Source: Priapulus caudatus
Taxonomy: Eukaryota
Reading direction: 5' to 3'
Assembly (NCBI RefSeq): GCF_000485595.1
Contig: NW_014577074.1
Span: forward strand, 863,902-926,398
DNA: 62,497 nucleotides
Both the position numbers and the translations under genes were made by a program. The notes below the pieces were generated by a model. The model did not search any database and was not told the origin of the DNA. It was given only the letters and a program-made list of their open reading frames with translations. Below are positions 44,001 through 59,000 of the stretch, in pieces (position 1 is the stretch's first letter; every line of letters starts with the position of its first letter).

Positions 44001-45029
44001 GCATATTCTAATATGGTGAGAACCATAGTTTTAAAAGCCAGAGAACGAGTTTTAGAATCGGCAAAGCTAAGGTTGCGCCGTAACATACCAAAGGACCGAG
44101 ACGCTTTGGTTCAAGGATAGAGATGATGTCCAGGATGGTGATAGGATAGGATGATGTTTATTACTAAACATGCTCTCTATCCTTGAGCCGACGCTTTCTT
44201 ACAAATATAATCAATGTGGGCATTCCAGCGAAGATCGCTACTAATAATGACACCCAAATATTTGTAAGTAGGGGTAAGAGATAGATATTTGTGGTGCACC
44301 GAGCAAGTAAAAGTCAAGAGTGATTTGGAGTGGGCAATTCAAAGAATTTTAAATTTTTCAGCCTTTAACGACATACCCCACGTTGCTGACCACTTCTCAG
44401 CACGAGTAAGAACAGTCTGGAGGATTAACTGACCACCCTTTTTGTAGATGGTGTGGTACAGAACTGCGTCGTCAGCAAAAAGCCGAATAGAAGTAGAAGA
44501 GTCAGTTTCGGCCAACAAATCATTTAAAGGATAAGAACAGAACCTTGGTGGTATACCAGATGTGACAGCAACCACATCTGACATGCTGCCGTTAACACAG
44601 ACAATTTGTGATCTATTCTTAAAAAAGTCAGATCTTGTTAAAATTCAAAATGTTGTACTACAGTCTACAGACGTACGGTAAAGTACAACTAGTAGTGAAT
44701 TACTGTAGACTGTAGTGTATCATGTACTAACAAGTCCGTGTCAATTCCTAGTTTAGCATATATGCGAACTATATATACAGTCTACAGAGGTCCCAAACTA
44801 GGACTGAGCACAAGTCCGTAAGCGTAGGCTTAAAACCTGGCACTAGCAGAGTAAATAAAATAGGCATTTTATAATACATTAACCGCCTTTCGCGATATAG
44901 AATTATTGTAATAGGTAGATGGAGACTTCATGTTTAACTATCACACCTTGAGCTTGCACTCGAGGGCTTAGAAAACCGTCTTTTTCGCATTTTTCCTGAA
45001 ATATCTTTGTTGTCATCGAGAGCCGCCAT
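38469..45029 (-). CDS. CTDP1: RNA polymerase II CTD phosphatase FCP1 (FCPH + BRCT), 7 exons, ~867 aa
   Basis: Exons 45029-44947 (least certain), 43578-43510, 43192-43102, 41917-41792, 41428-41187, 40812-40697, 40345-38469. Total 2604 nt, in frame. CAHPTVMKDMCAECGADL, catalytic LVVDLDQT, MVCIIDDREDVW, BRCT (IVFSGLIP...THVVAAQLGT...VNVDWLWSC), acidic tail ending EMAAAVEKEFLS. Confidence 0.93.
42089..42783. mobile_element. Tc1/mariner-pogo-type MITE in CTDP1 intron
   Basis: TA|cagtaaaacttgcataagtcgac ... gtcgacttaagcgagttttactg|TA, with internal gtcgactt repeats. Confidence 0.75.
43790..44630 (-). mobile_element. Decayed non-LTR retrotransposon reverse transcriptase fragment in CTDP1 intron 1
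   Basis: VTSGIP..., IRLFADDAVLY, KWSATWGM, then in other frames YKYLGVIISSDLRWNAHIDYICKKAS, GMLRRNL, ILEYAS. Frameshifts and stops present. Confidence 0.85.
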
Positions 45030-47014
45030 TTTGAATGTCAAGCACCATCTGCCGGAAATAAACGTCAGTAGATAGCTTTTGCGTTCGTATATCCACCCAG
45101 CAGCATGGCACACAGGCTATATTGTAACATATTTTGTATTTTGCCTGATATGCACTTCTGGAAGTAAATATAGACGTCGCTCACACACGCAACGCTAAAT
45201 AATCGCATGAACATCATTTTACGCACGTAAACGCCGATGGGTTTTACCACTGATATAGAATATAGATTGTATTGATTAATTCTATAATTTGTATAATTTG
45301 TATATAGATTCTATAATTTATAATACAGATTAATCTTCTATTCTATATACATGGTTTACACGTTGCTGTGCCGTGTATACATTGCTGTATATTTCACGCA
45401 TGTATATAATGTTGCGTGTACGTCTTACCGCGTTATCTATCACCTTATAAACCTCCATGCATGCAACTCCACCCAACTTACCTGCATGCTCCAGAATCGT
45501 GTGTCAGACTACCAATTTTCTCACCTCGCATCACCAGTTGTCTTGTTATGCCTCCCCAACGTTTAGGCTCACCTGCTCCACCCTTGTCCCCCACCTCTAC
45601 CCGTGTGTTCATCTTCTCTCCCGAGGGTCTACACCGGCAGAGCTGCCCTTGTCCTATAGCTCAGCCGTTTCCTCTCTTCTTCTTTTCTCTACCTAATATA
45701 ATCTTCTCCCCCTTAGTCCGGCCCTCTCTTAGCTTTCACCTCTAGCTACTTGATCGATCCATAAGGGAAGTGACGGTTATTTTCAGGACGCAAGATTGAA
45801 CAATTTCAATTGCTGATTGAACCCGTGATTCGGGAACAGAGGTCAATCGTGACGCGGGGAAGCCGACATTGACTGGGAACTGGAAAATGACAATTTTTCA
45901 CCCGAGACACTGGCAATGGAACACTCCTCCCGTTCCACCTCGTTTCATGTTTCACCGCGCCAACCAGCTATCTGCCCTCTTCCATATTTTAAGAGTAGAT
46001 ATAATAGATAAAATCTTGCTACTAAATAAAACTATACCAGTACCGGTACTGTCTTGTTATTGGCTGAAATTATACCGACAGTGCACGAATCAACCCAGTG
46101 ATTTTCTTCGTGTGGTAATGAACCAGCCTCTATTACTTGCTTCCCGGAGAAATTGGAGGTGAAAAATACCACAATGTTTTAATTACTTAAGAATGCTGTA
46201 TGTAAACCATTAGGCACTACTGACATTAACTATAGGGCTTCTTATGAGGCAATTAGAGATCTAGCAGTGCACCAATAAATGCGGAATGCTGTCAGGATCC
46301 GTTTCAACACTCCCAGTAGATGTAAACCACGAGCTAAAACGCAAGTTATTAGAGCTTTGTAGTTAGTTAGATGACAGGTCAGATATCAACACACCAAGCT
46401 ATTGCTACGCTATAATTGGGAAAATTAATAATGCAGAAATATTAAGAAGAGGTAGTTTGTTATTACAAAAAATCCGTTATATTTACAATTACATAAATAT
46501 ATATAATCAGCACAAAGACGCCCATATGCATATTTATTACTATTGCATATTGAAATCATTCATAGATAACCCAGACATGCCAGACTTCGTACAGAGCAAT
46601 AACAACCACATAAACGTACTAAGCATTAAAAAGGCTCTGTGTACAGCTAATCAAATTGTCATGTTGGACTACAGAAATGCACCGACTCAATTTTATATAG
46701 TTCAACCTACTGCTTAGTAAATGCTGGTAAAAGCCACTGTTAAAAGCATTTACATATATTCATTAGAGTGGGAGTGGGTGCAATAGCTGATCACTAACGC
46801 AACATGATAAACATTCTTGAACCATAAATATCCCAGAACAGCAAGCACACAACTGCAATCGAGCAATTAACTTATGGCTCAGAAATTCGGTGTAGTACTA
46901 TGTTACGATGTAGTTACTCTGAAATGTAACGTGCAAATTGTTGTCTGCTAAAGTTAACAGCAGACGTTTTTTATTGTGCTTGTAATTAATGAAAAATGGG
47001 CAATAGAAATGGAA

Positions 47015-50000
47015 TTAGCTGTCCTTGAGGTGTGACTTTATCTCTGAGCCTTCACTCTGTGCAGCAGGAACAGATTTTCTTCTAAAAAAGTTCTTTATCT
47101 TCCCTATTATGCCACCCTTCTTGTGAGCTTCTTCAACAATGAACCTAAAATAGTTAATTGTTTAATTAGTATTAAATAGCTCACATTGTATCATTCACAC
47201 CCACTGATATCAAATATTATTTAAAGCTTGTTTGCCCAGTACCAAACGAAATAATGATGACATGGTAACAAATTACATGCATTTGCATTTGCTCAACACC
47301 TTTTATCCCCAGCAGCACATTTCTGTTTTACCTAGAAACATAAACATATGTATTATAATATATGTGTTCATGATAGAACCCATAAACTCTATTCGCACGT
47401 TAATGAGTTACTGCTATTAAACATATGGAATACCTTCTTGTTGTAAGGTTATGAATGGAGCCAAAAGCAATGGCCACGACTGTGCAAACAAGGCAGATGA
47501 CGTTGTACGGCATACTGAAATCTGGAGTTGCTAGTGCCACCAGCAGTGTCTCTGTATGTAGCCGCATGAAATATGTCTCTCGTGTGTTGTTAAACCTAAA
47601 AAGAGCAACAAACCTTAGGTATGCCAGTGATATGTATCCATTACACATACAGACTAAATGAAAGTGTCGTTTTTGTAGCTCACCTTGGGTGTGATAGAAG
47701 ACCCATCTCCATAGGTCTCTCCCATAGGAGTAACAACTGTTTTAGGACTAGCCTTAAGGCCGCCGCACACCAGCCGATTTTTACAAACGATGAAGCGATG
47801 AAGCGATGAAGCGATGAAGCGATGTAGGTGTGCGCGTTCATTTGTAGACGATTTTATTTTTATCGGGTGATCGTTCCAAATCAAACATGTTTGATTTTGA
47901 ACCGATGAACCGATGAGCCAATTTTAAGGCCGCCGCACACCTACATCGCTTCATCGCTTCATCGTTTGTAAAATCGGCTGGTGTGCGGCGGCCTTTACAC
48001 ATTCACATACCAAAATTTAACAAAATCGAATGAATCTAGATCTATGGGCATTTTCATTTTGGCCAAAAAGTCGGCGTGGCTCGAAAGTAGGTCGACTGGA
48101 GTGCTCCAAAATAGGATGTTCAGATCTCTCCCATAGGAGTAACAACTGTATGAAATTTGAAACATGTGGGTCAAACGGTTCTTGAGTTATCTTTGACAGT
48201 AGACAGACACTGAAATGCATAGGAAAATTGCCAAAATCTACCTAATTTTCACAATTAAAAAAAAAATCAAAACCTGTGTGATATGTTTTGGGGCCAGTCC
48301 CTATTCATTCACATACAAAAAATGAGCAAAATCCGTTGAACCTGAACTGACTTATGGCCATTTAAATTTTTGCTAAAAAGTGAGCATGGCTCGAAAGTAG
48401 GTCAACTGGCGTGCTCCAAAATAGGACGTTCACATCTCTCCCATAGGAGTAACAATAGTATGCAATTTGAAACATGTGGGTCAAACGGTTCTCAAGTTAT
48501 CGTTGACTGTAGCCAAATGTTGACGGACGGACGACGCCCCCTGGCAATAGCTCATCTTGACGATGTCAAGGCTAGCTAAAAATTGGAATCATCACACATT
48601 ACTATCAAATAAATGAACACAATTAGTCAATTACTCACATGTGACTCAGTTCTGAAGACTCTGCAAAGCCAAACATGTGATTAGGTGGTCTGACCAGCAC
48701 AGTGCTGATCACAGCCGAGTTAATGAGAAATCCCTGACTCGCGTCCGGCGGGTACTCTGTCCACTTAAGAAAAGCACGGTCAAACTCTATGCTGAGGCGC
48801 GTGGTGGATGACCTAGGTAATGTGAAGACCAACTCCATGAGATGTGGCCTTGCTCTGTCCTTGCCAGCAACAAAATGCTGGTACTCTGTATCAGAACGTG
48901 TAGAATAAATGAAAACACTCCAAACATGCCAAAGGAAACTTCTAAAAATTCTTCCAATTAATTTTTGAGAACACTTTTGGTGAGCGATATTGGGTCGATA
49001 GGTACTATGGTTGAAATATTCTAATAAAACCCTACATTATCTTTAGCAATGACAGCCTTGTTAGCAATGCCAGATTTTTAATCAATTTCAAAAGATGCTA
49101 CATAAAAAACAGAGAGCAAGCTGCAAGAACCTTTGATGTATAAATTTGTTGAACATTATTTCACCTGGCTTAATCTTGACACCTTCACTCTCTATGGTCA
49201 GTGTATGGAAGTACACTCGTATATACCAGGGTATAGACTCCATGTAGATGACAGTAATATTGGCATGAGGATCTTCATTGTGTAAAAGACACACAATTCC
49301 TCCACGTTCTTGCCCATAACCTTAAAATACAGTTATGTAGGTATAAATGTATATTATCATAGATCTGTGACTTGGCCATGATGCAAATTTTAAATTGGCT
49401 TAGTAATGCTACCATCTAGACTAAATATTTGTAAGATAACACTGGAATTATGTCAGAGCAATAATATTTCAAGGATAACAATATAGTAAAGCAACACATT
49501 TCTAAAATCCTCTTTATACCCGATGCAAAACGTTGAGCATGAAGAATTGGTGGCTGCACTGAAGTGTAAGGTATCAGACTTGTGGTATACTTTGCACCAA
49601 TGTTTAGCCTTCCATTATTTAAAGTGAAATCTTTGACATTGTGTACAGCATAAGTTCTAGTGTGACCATGATTCATCTCGATGTGCGTTTCCCCTGGTGG
49701 AGGGCTAAGAATAGCACTGCCCTGATAACATATAAAAGTACACGCCGTCATTACTTTAAAAATAAAGTTTAGTAGTTTAGTGATTCACACACTCTGATGC
49801 TTTTCTAATAATATCTATGAAGTGGTAAGTAGTATAAAGTATATAGTATAAAAAATATATATTCATAACACAAAAAGCTATTAAAATTTCAACAATAACT
49901 TAGCTCACTCTATACAACTGGTAATTTGGTTCTTGGCTCACCTCAATATCTGTTGTATCGGTGTACACAACACTTCTTGAAGCCAACGGACAGTGACCAG

Positions 50001-53000
50001 ATAATGTCTCACCAAATAACTGCCGGAGAGACCAGTCTGCAGTAAAAGAAAATTGCATTGATTACCTCTATGGTCCATCACATGTAAGGCCATTTGATGG
50101 AGCATTTGTCAATGTAGTGGATTACATGTGTACCTCTTCGTCCATTGTTGCGTATGTGATTGTCAATCACAAGTGAAAGACTTTGGCTCAATTCTAAAGA
50201 TGGATCCTCACAGCTGCTTCTGGACTGCACAAAAAGTAAATAACTATTGTTTTTTGCTATTTTTTTTAAACATTTTTATTACATCAGATTATGAATTCTT
50301 TTAAAACTCAGATATTGTGATTTTATTATGAAAGAAGAATGATGAAAAACAAATAATCATAGAAATGGGGGTAGCATTATATATTTAATGGCAAATTAAT
50401 TAACTATATTGAAAAAAATGTGTCTCTTACTCTGCAAACTGGTCTTATGGATACGGCGAGAGAGTGGTAATTCGCATCATACAACTTTTTTGCTTTTAAT
50501 AATGATCCAAGCCCAGTCTGAAAAATATAAACAAGTGCCGCAGAGCGACAGCGCTCAACTGACGTGTACTGTAGCCGGGTATTCTTCTAATAAACTCACT
50601 GGCAACCGAATCCAGTGTGCCCTCACGCCACCGCGTTCGCGCTAAGAGCATATATCTAGGATACTACTAATACAGATCTCCTCAAATCTATGCTAGCTCT
50701 TAGGCTTTGCTATACCAGTAGCTACAGTACATAAAGAACAGCTGTGTAACTTTAAATGACTTCGCCTATATTAACATGTTATCATGGCATATGCGCAATC
50801 GAGCNNNNNNNNNNNNNNNNNNNNNNNNNCGCGAGCGTAGTGGTGGTGGTGGGGGGAGAGTGGGGGGAGGGGGGCGGGTGGAGGGGGTTCTAATAGCAAA
50901 AGCAGTTGCCACAAGATGGCGCGTGCAAGTGTCATCAATAATCAAAGATGGCATCACCCTTTGTGCGTGACAACCTCACTCCATTGAGTTGCTGAAATCC
51001 AAGTATATTCAGGCAGGCGAGAATTTCGCTCAGCTGTGAGTTAACATATCTGCATTGCAGGTTGCCAGGCAATAATTATGATTAGAATAGTGCCAGTTCA
51101 CCCCCATGCATGCGTAATGGGCTGCCCCCATGTTTTTGCCTACCCACGTGAGCATTCAGGGTTCATTTCAGCTGCTTTAGAAAATAATATGATTTAAGGA
51201 GCGTAAACCTTGTTCAACAAACATTTGCCTTTGCAATTGAACTGTGCAACTGTAGCCTCACATCCACAATAGCAAAAGCAGTTCAGTCCTTTGTTAACAG
51301 TCAACAAATCCATGTTTAACACTCCTCTTGAGGGTCAAAAGGTTATCCAACACTTACTCTTCGCATGTCAGCGGAAAGTACATTTTATGGTCCTTTCAAT
51401 AAAGCCATAAAAATGGTAGGTCACTGCTGAAACAAAAAAGTTTTTCAATCGCTCCGTCAGACCATGTCATCAGAAAATGTCTAAAATCTGCCCTGTGCCC
51501 CATTGACCTTTGACCTCCAATTTCGGCACAGTGATGGCTTTTCCTACCATGATGCTATACATCGACTATCACGAGCCTAGCCGTTTAGATTTGTGCCGCA
51601 ATTCTGCATTTCCTCCCTATACCTTAAGTTGAGGGAATGTTCCCCCTTCTTTTACACCTCTTGACCTTTGACCCCCAGCTTCGACATTCCAACTCGTTTT
51701 CGAATTACCCCCCCCCACGTCCCGAATATCGTGACCGTACGTCGAGCCGTTTAGATTTGTGCCCAACTGTTGACGGACGCACGCACGGCCGGACGGACGC
51801 AAGCTCATGCGATTCTACAAGCTGCATCTGACTATGTCAGATGAGCTAATAATGTACATGAGTAGAGACCATAACTAAGCAACCACCTTTGCTTTCCTGT
51901 GCATGACATTACTAGAATTACAAGAATTTGAAAAACAACCATTATTTCAGTGCATAATATATATATATTTCTCTCTCCATATATATACATATGTATCAGA
52001 GGGTTGAAAATAACAATCACCTGCTAGCCTGAGGATATTGGCTCTGTACAAGTTTTGGCTGATTGTCAAGACTAACCAGCCTGAGTAGAGGGGCTCATGC
52101 ATTAGTGATGTTTTGTTTTGCGAGAGAGTAGCCACTGCATATCAGAGTCTCCCTCATCCACAGTGCACGTATGCGCGTTCTGGCAATAATGGTATCACTG
52201 CTTGATGTACGAAGGGCGAAGTGGGTGCCTGGTTGTTTATGTCGCATGGAGCATGTAACGAATGTCATGCAACGTATTAGACAGCGAGCCGTGCAGCCGT
52301 GATTTGCACGGTCAGTTTTGAAACTGCACGGCCAAAAACGTGTAGCACGGCCTAAAATATTGATCTAAAGCCGTGTACATTTGTAAAATTGCACTCCCAA
52401 ATATTTTTTCTGCACTCCCACAATATTCATTCCTGGCTAATACCCTGATGTCATGGGGGTGGTCACTGCCACTATGAATGGCTACCTTTTCACCACATGG
52501 CAGCAGCTTTTTCCAGGGTGTCAGATTTTCAGTGCAGACATTTTCCTTGGGCAATGCAGCATAGCGGATGTAGGAAGAGTTCACAGACTTATCCTTGTGA
52601 TTTATGCCCTCTGGTCGAAAGGAAAGCTGTGGTTGCACTGTCGATGTCCCGTCTAAGAAATTTAGGGAGGCACAAAACTGTCCTGATAGAGCATTGGTTA
52701 AGCTTATCCATTGTTGATCAATACTGCAACACACAAACACAATGACCTCATCAACATACAAGATAGACACTTGTTCTTTCATTAAACACCAAGTATTTAT
52801 TATATTGATATTACACACAATGTAATTGAAGACGGCAATTCTGGAAAAAGAACGAAGATGGAAAGTATTCTGATAAATAATTGCTCTTATATTTGCCCTC
52901 AATATTTTATACTATTAATACAATTAACTAACAATAGGTAGACCTTAGAGAATAACACGAGATTAGAACTTACTCCTCTACAGTGTCTTGAAACCAAACC

Positions 53001-56000
53001 CACAGCTCAGCTCCAGGTGGGGCATCTCTGACTGGGTAGCCCCATTTGCTGTGTCGCCAAAGACCCTGGGTGAGTGTCAAATGAAGCTCCTGTATGCTGA
53101 AAGCTTGTAAAGTATCTCCTAGAGACTTGGGAAAAACATTATAATGTTTTACTGAAAAGAAAACAAACCAGAAATACTTTGCTCATATAGCTACCAGGAA
53201 AGCGTTTTCGGCTCCACCATCGTTTAATTTTAAACTGTTGGAAAACACTTGATGCTAATACAATATTAACTACAAACCAGGTCCAAATCCTTTACAAAAA
53301 ATGTATGCATCCAGTGTGAAATCTTGCATTGTACCACGTGTCTGTAGCGTTTGAGTTTCTAGCTAAAGCAAATTATGCATTTATACTGTGGGCTAGGGTC
53401 TTTTACATTATGATTAAGGATATGTTATTTTTACTTTATTTTATTCCATATAGCCTCCAAAGAGCTACTGCACTAGTGATGAGAATTTCGTAAGTCAAAC
53501 CTGCAAGGGTAGGCAGTTAAAATACTAGTACGTAGTAGTAGGTTACTAGGTACTAGTACTACTTATAGTATTACTAGTAGCAGTACAGTTACAATACATG
53601 TGATGATATGTCTAGTAATGACACTTTTGGGGTTCTCATCAGAGTGACCTTTATACGCAGGGTTGACCGTAATATAGACCCCACTCTCGAGTCCAGTGTA
53701 CCGCTACTAGTACTACTACTAGTAATAGTATAGATACAATAATGTAACCCAACAAGAGTAAGGTTACAACGCGAGCCTATTCTTTTCTTTGGAGGAGCCC
53801 CTGAGTGATTCACTCAGGGCAGTTTTATGGTGTGTTTTTCGAGACTAGAACTTTCAAACTGGGTTTATTCTAAACACGAACCTTTCTCCGCTACCCTGGG
53901 ACTTACTATGTATCACAATACTCTGTATTAAACTAATATAACCTGTACAAAATTTCGAAGTGACGAGCCGCGATATTTCGAGCGCCATTTCTGTTGACAT
54001 GTGACGTACGCATTCCCAATGCGCATAGCATTCGGCTAACTTCGGCTCCTGTGTTGCCTGACATGCTGGCTCTGGTGATGTCATGACTGACAGCAGGCAT
54101 CCCATGATGCATTCGATCTTGGAGCCGAAGTTAGCCAAACCCTATACGCATTGGGAATGCGTACGTCACAGGTCAACAGAAATGGCGCTCGAAGTATCGC
54201 CGCTCGTTGCTTCGAAATTTTGTAACAGGTTATATTAGTTTAATACAGAGTATTGTGATACATAGTAAGTCCCAGGATAGCAGAGAAAGGGAGAAGAAAC
54301 CCTAACCCTAACCCAGTTTGGAAGTTCTAGTCTTGAAAAACGCACCATAAAACCGCCCTGAGTGAATCACTCAGGGCTCCTCCAAAGAAAATAATAGGCT
54401 CGCGTTGTAACCCTACTCTTGTTGGGTTACATTATTGTATCTAGTAGTAGTACTACTACTAGTACTAACTGGATATCCCATATTTTAAAATAATACAGAA
54501 CTATATAACAGGCATATAATATAGGCCGTGGCTACGCGTCCGGACATCCATCTCACACAGTGATCTTGCGACACGTACACGCATGATTGCGCAACGGTAG
54601 GCTCTGCTGATTGCCGAGTGTGTGTGCGTGAGAGAGAGCTAGAGGTGTGTGTGTGTGTGGTGTGTGTGTGGTGTGTGTTGTGTGTGTGGGTCGGTTCGGC
54701 GCACGTGTGTGTAGTGATAAGGAGAGAGAGGGAGAGAGCTAGACGGTGTGGATGTGTGATTGGATGAGATTAAGAGGCTGTGCGTGTGTGTTCGTGAAAG
54801 AGTAGAGAGAGATGCGATGAGTATGCGGAACGGATGGAAAGGATATGACGCAGATGCTGTAATATTATATTTTTCATATGTGCTATTTTATTGTGCATCA
54901 CTGTGTTTTGCGCATTATATTATCTTTGATTCTTTTGGCGTTTTTTCTGTGATCTTAGGGGCAGGTCTTCGATTTCCTAAATGCCCGGCAGTTTAATTTT
55001 CAGCGTTATCTCAAGATAAACAAGGGTTAGGGTTAGGTGTTAAGGTTAGGAACTGCCGGGCTTTAGGAAATCGAAGAACCGTGCCCAGCTGCCGGGCATA
55101 TAGCCACAGCGTTATATTATACAGAGTGGCTATATTCCCGGCAGCCGGCATATATCTGACGGCTGCCGGGCACGGTCTTTCGATTTCCTAAATGCCCGGC
55201 AGTTTTAATTTTCAGCGTTATCTCAAGTAAACAAGGGTTAGGAACTGCCGGGCATTTAGAAAATCTAAGACCGTGCCCGGCTGCCGGGCATATAGCCACA
55301 GCGTATATTATACAGAGTGGCTATAGTCCCGGCAGCCGGCATATATCTGACGCTGCCGGCACGGTCTTCGATTTCCTAAATGCCCAGGCAGTTCCTAACC
55401 TAGTAACGCTAGCCCCGACCAGGCTGTGCGACGGATTGTCTATACAGGCCTGACACCCTTTCATACAAAAATATCACCTCTGCAGATCTAGATGCAATAA
55501 CTGTGTATACTCAAATAAAACTATTCTATTACACATTTGACTTGCCTTGTCTGAAATATGAACGTTAACTCACAGTTGTCCTGCTTCTAACTAGATGTAT
55601 CTCTTAATTCACGGTATAATCTGCTATTCTCACAGCATATCAACTTTCCAATCAGCTTTACTTGCCATGTGTTAGCGAGGCAACGGAAACCCGAAAACGG
55701 AAGATTGCTAGAAAATACTACAGAAAGAGTACAATAGCTGCACCGATGGCTCTCACGCAAATTCACAACCTAAAGGCAAGTGAAACGATGTTCACAAATG
55801 TCTAGGCCATTTGTAAAAACCTTAGAGTGACATGTTCTCGGATGTATGGGTGGTTTACATGAGGACCGCAGATCGTTTAATTCCTTTGTTTTCGATCCAT
55901 TACGGATTTTAGTCACAGTCGGAATGATAGCAAACATGGCGGCGAATTCATAAATTTTGTTGCATTCGTCTCAAAAGTCGCTGTAAACCCTGTAAGTACC

Positions 56001-59000
56001 CAGCGGCATCGTAGCGCAACTGAGGTTACAGAAGGTGGACCAGGGGAAAAAATACACGGGGCGGCGGGCGAATTTCGCCCCGAAATGCCGAAAAAGAGGC
56101 CCCCGAAAATAGCGATATCGGGGGCGACCGCCAAAGCAAAAGTCGCCCTGGAATCGATTGTCCAGGTCGGTCCCGCGCCTTGCGATCTCGCTCGGCCTCT
56201 GGCCTAGCGGCAGCCGGTTCCACGGCGGCGGTAGAATTCCTGGTACGGTGTGGCTGTCAAGTGTTTATCATTAAGCATGCATGTGTGTATTGCATTCAAT
56301 CAAGCGCGCGCCGCCGGCCCGCGCGGTATATATACGTGTGTGCCTGTGCGCGTGCTTGCGTGTGTGCCTGCGCGCGTGCGTGCGTGCCGGTGTGCCTGCA
56401 GGCGTGCTTGCGTGTGTGCCTGCGCGCGTGCGTGGCCTGCGCGAGTGCGTGCCTGGGCGCAGTGCGTGCCCTGTGTGTGCCGGTGTGCCTGCGGGTGTGC
56501 TTGCGGTGTGCCTGCGCGCGGTGCGTGGCGTGCCTGCGCGCGTGCGTGCCTGCATGCGTGCATGGCGTGCGTGCGTGGTGCGGGTGTGCCTGCGGGCGTG
56601 CCTACGTAGACCCGTAGGACCAACAACCCGTAGGATTAAAGAAGCGGTAATTCCATGGAAAATCCTAATGAAATTCACACACGTTATTTTCCCTGGCGGC
56701 ACACTCGTGTGTCATTCCGATTGTAGCTTTTTTTGTCAATTCCCCGAAAGAGTTTTGCTGCCGCTCTGCTCATAGTCCAACAATGCCAACCCTCTAAATT
56801 TTAGTGTGATTAGTACCACGGCTGAAACAATCGTGCCCACCATACTTCAATCAATGCCGGCCCCCTGCCAGCAGGCACGTACGCAGCGCGATTGGCACAG
56901 CCATTCACACGTGCCTCGCGGGTACGCTTTCCAAACCCCCTGAGCTTCCAGGGCCTTACGCGGGCCCTTAATGGACCCCAGCCGCAAGAGACTTCGACGT
57001 ATAAAGCAATCGATCCTCCTAGCTCGTACAGGGCGGACAATTCACTATTTGGGCTAGCCGTAATAGTTCTGTGTTTAGCTGTGATGTATTCACTATTTCA
57101 AGGTGCATTTGTGGTTGTGACTTGTGAGTTTGTGATTATCATGTTAGTCTGTCCAGTCTGATGAATAACTGTCTTGAACATTGACTGTTTGTGTCTGTGT
57201 GTGTGTGGGTGTGCGCGCTGCCCCGCGAGTGTGGTATTTATACTGTGCTGTGTGTACATTTGAGGAACACAGCCCTGGAAAAGTCGGCCCTGGAAGAGTG
57301 AAAAAGAGCCCTGGAAAATGACAAAGTAGCCGCCCCGAAATGTGGGGGGTTTGCAAAAGAGGCCCCGGAAGAAAAAAATTAATTTTTCACTGAGGTGGAC
57401 GTATACTGATTCATTTGGTATATCACATGTGTAGTGTTCTTTGGCGATACGTTGGCGATAAACAGCGTAAAAACGACGTGTTTAGCTGCAGCCAAGGTTT
57501 GAAACGGTATTCTAACCCTAGCAATACCGTTTCTTGGAGCTACTAGTAACCCTAGACCGAATAATTCTGTCCATATAACCTTTTTTACTATTTGGTGAGG
57601 GTTATATTGGGACAGAACGGGGTTCATTGAAATTTCGCTGAGATCGCTGCAAATGCATGCGCTGGCGAATGCGGCCCGTACGGCTGGCTATTGACGTGAA
57701 AAAAACCTACCGTTCCCTTCTACATGGCTTTACCTGCTACTGATAGTGGTATATATTCACTTCAATCTTATTCGCTTCTTAAAGATTGTTTTTTCAGAAA
57801 CCGCTTCGTTCCAGCTTTCTTAAAATCATTCGCGCATTTACAAACAATCAGACCAATCAGAGCGAGTCTTACAATATTTAGCTTGGTTTCCGCTTGTATC
57901 TGTGGCCGCTGCAGGAGGGCTGTAGACTCGCTCTGATTGGTCTGATTGTTTGTAAATGGCGAATGATTTAGGAAAGTGGAAGCGACAAGCGGTGTTTCTG
58001 AAAAACAATCTTTTAAAGTGATAACGATTGAAGTGAATGTATACACATATCAGTAGCAAGGTAAAGCCATGTAGAAGGGACGGTAGGTTTTTTTCACGCG
58101 AATAGCGGCGTACGGGCCGCATTTGGCAGCGCATGCATTTGCCATGCGATCTCACGAAATTTCATGAAACCCCGTTCTGCCCCAAATAACCTTCACCAAA
58201 ATTAAAATGGTTATATGGGACAGAATTATTCGGTCTATACTTAGTAACCCTAAACCCTTGTTTACGTTGTGATAATGCTGAAAATTAAAAACTGCCGGGC
58301 ATTTTAGGAAATCGCTGTGGCTATATGCCCGGCAGCCGGGCACGGTCTTCGTTTCCTAAATGCCCGGCAGTTCTTAACCCTAACTCTAACCTACCCTAAA
58401 CCCCTTAACAAAAACCTAACCCTAGCCCTAAACCTAACCCTAATCTTAACTCTAACCCTAACCGCTTGTTTACTTGAGATAAGCTAAAAATTAAAACTGC
58501 CGGCATTTAGGAATCGAAGGACCGTGCCCGGCAGCCGTCAGATATACGCCGGCTGCCGGCGCATATAGCCACTTAGATACAATAATGTAACCCAAACCCA
58601 AGAGGATAGGGTTACAAAGTGTCCCTATCCCTTTTCTGCGGAGGAATGCCGCGAGTGAATCATCGGGCCGGTTTGGCTAGTGCGTTTTCAGATACTAAGA
58701 CTTCCAAACTGGTTTATTCTCAACACGAAACCTTTCTCCGCTATCTGGGAACTTACTATGTATCGTGCAATAACTCTGTATTAAACTAATATAACCTGTT
58801 CCAAAAATTCGAAGTGACGAGCGGCGAATATATGTGAGTGGCCAATTTCTGTTGACCTGTGACGTACTTCGGTTTGAAAGAGTGGATTCAGCCGACAATC
58901 GGAGGGCGCTGCGTTTGCCGATCGCTATGCCATTGGAAATGCGTACGTCACAGGTCAACAGAAATGGCGCTCGAGTATATCGCCGCTCGTCACTTCGAAA

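Noticed and set aside
50805..50829. Mis-join at the N gap
   Set aside because: PIG-T exons on either side continue in order and in phase.
56180..56775. Cys/Ala/Arg-rich ORFs as metallothionein-like cargo
   Set aside because: Translation of a (GCGT/GCCT)n array inside the hAT insert, open on both strands.
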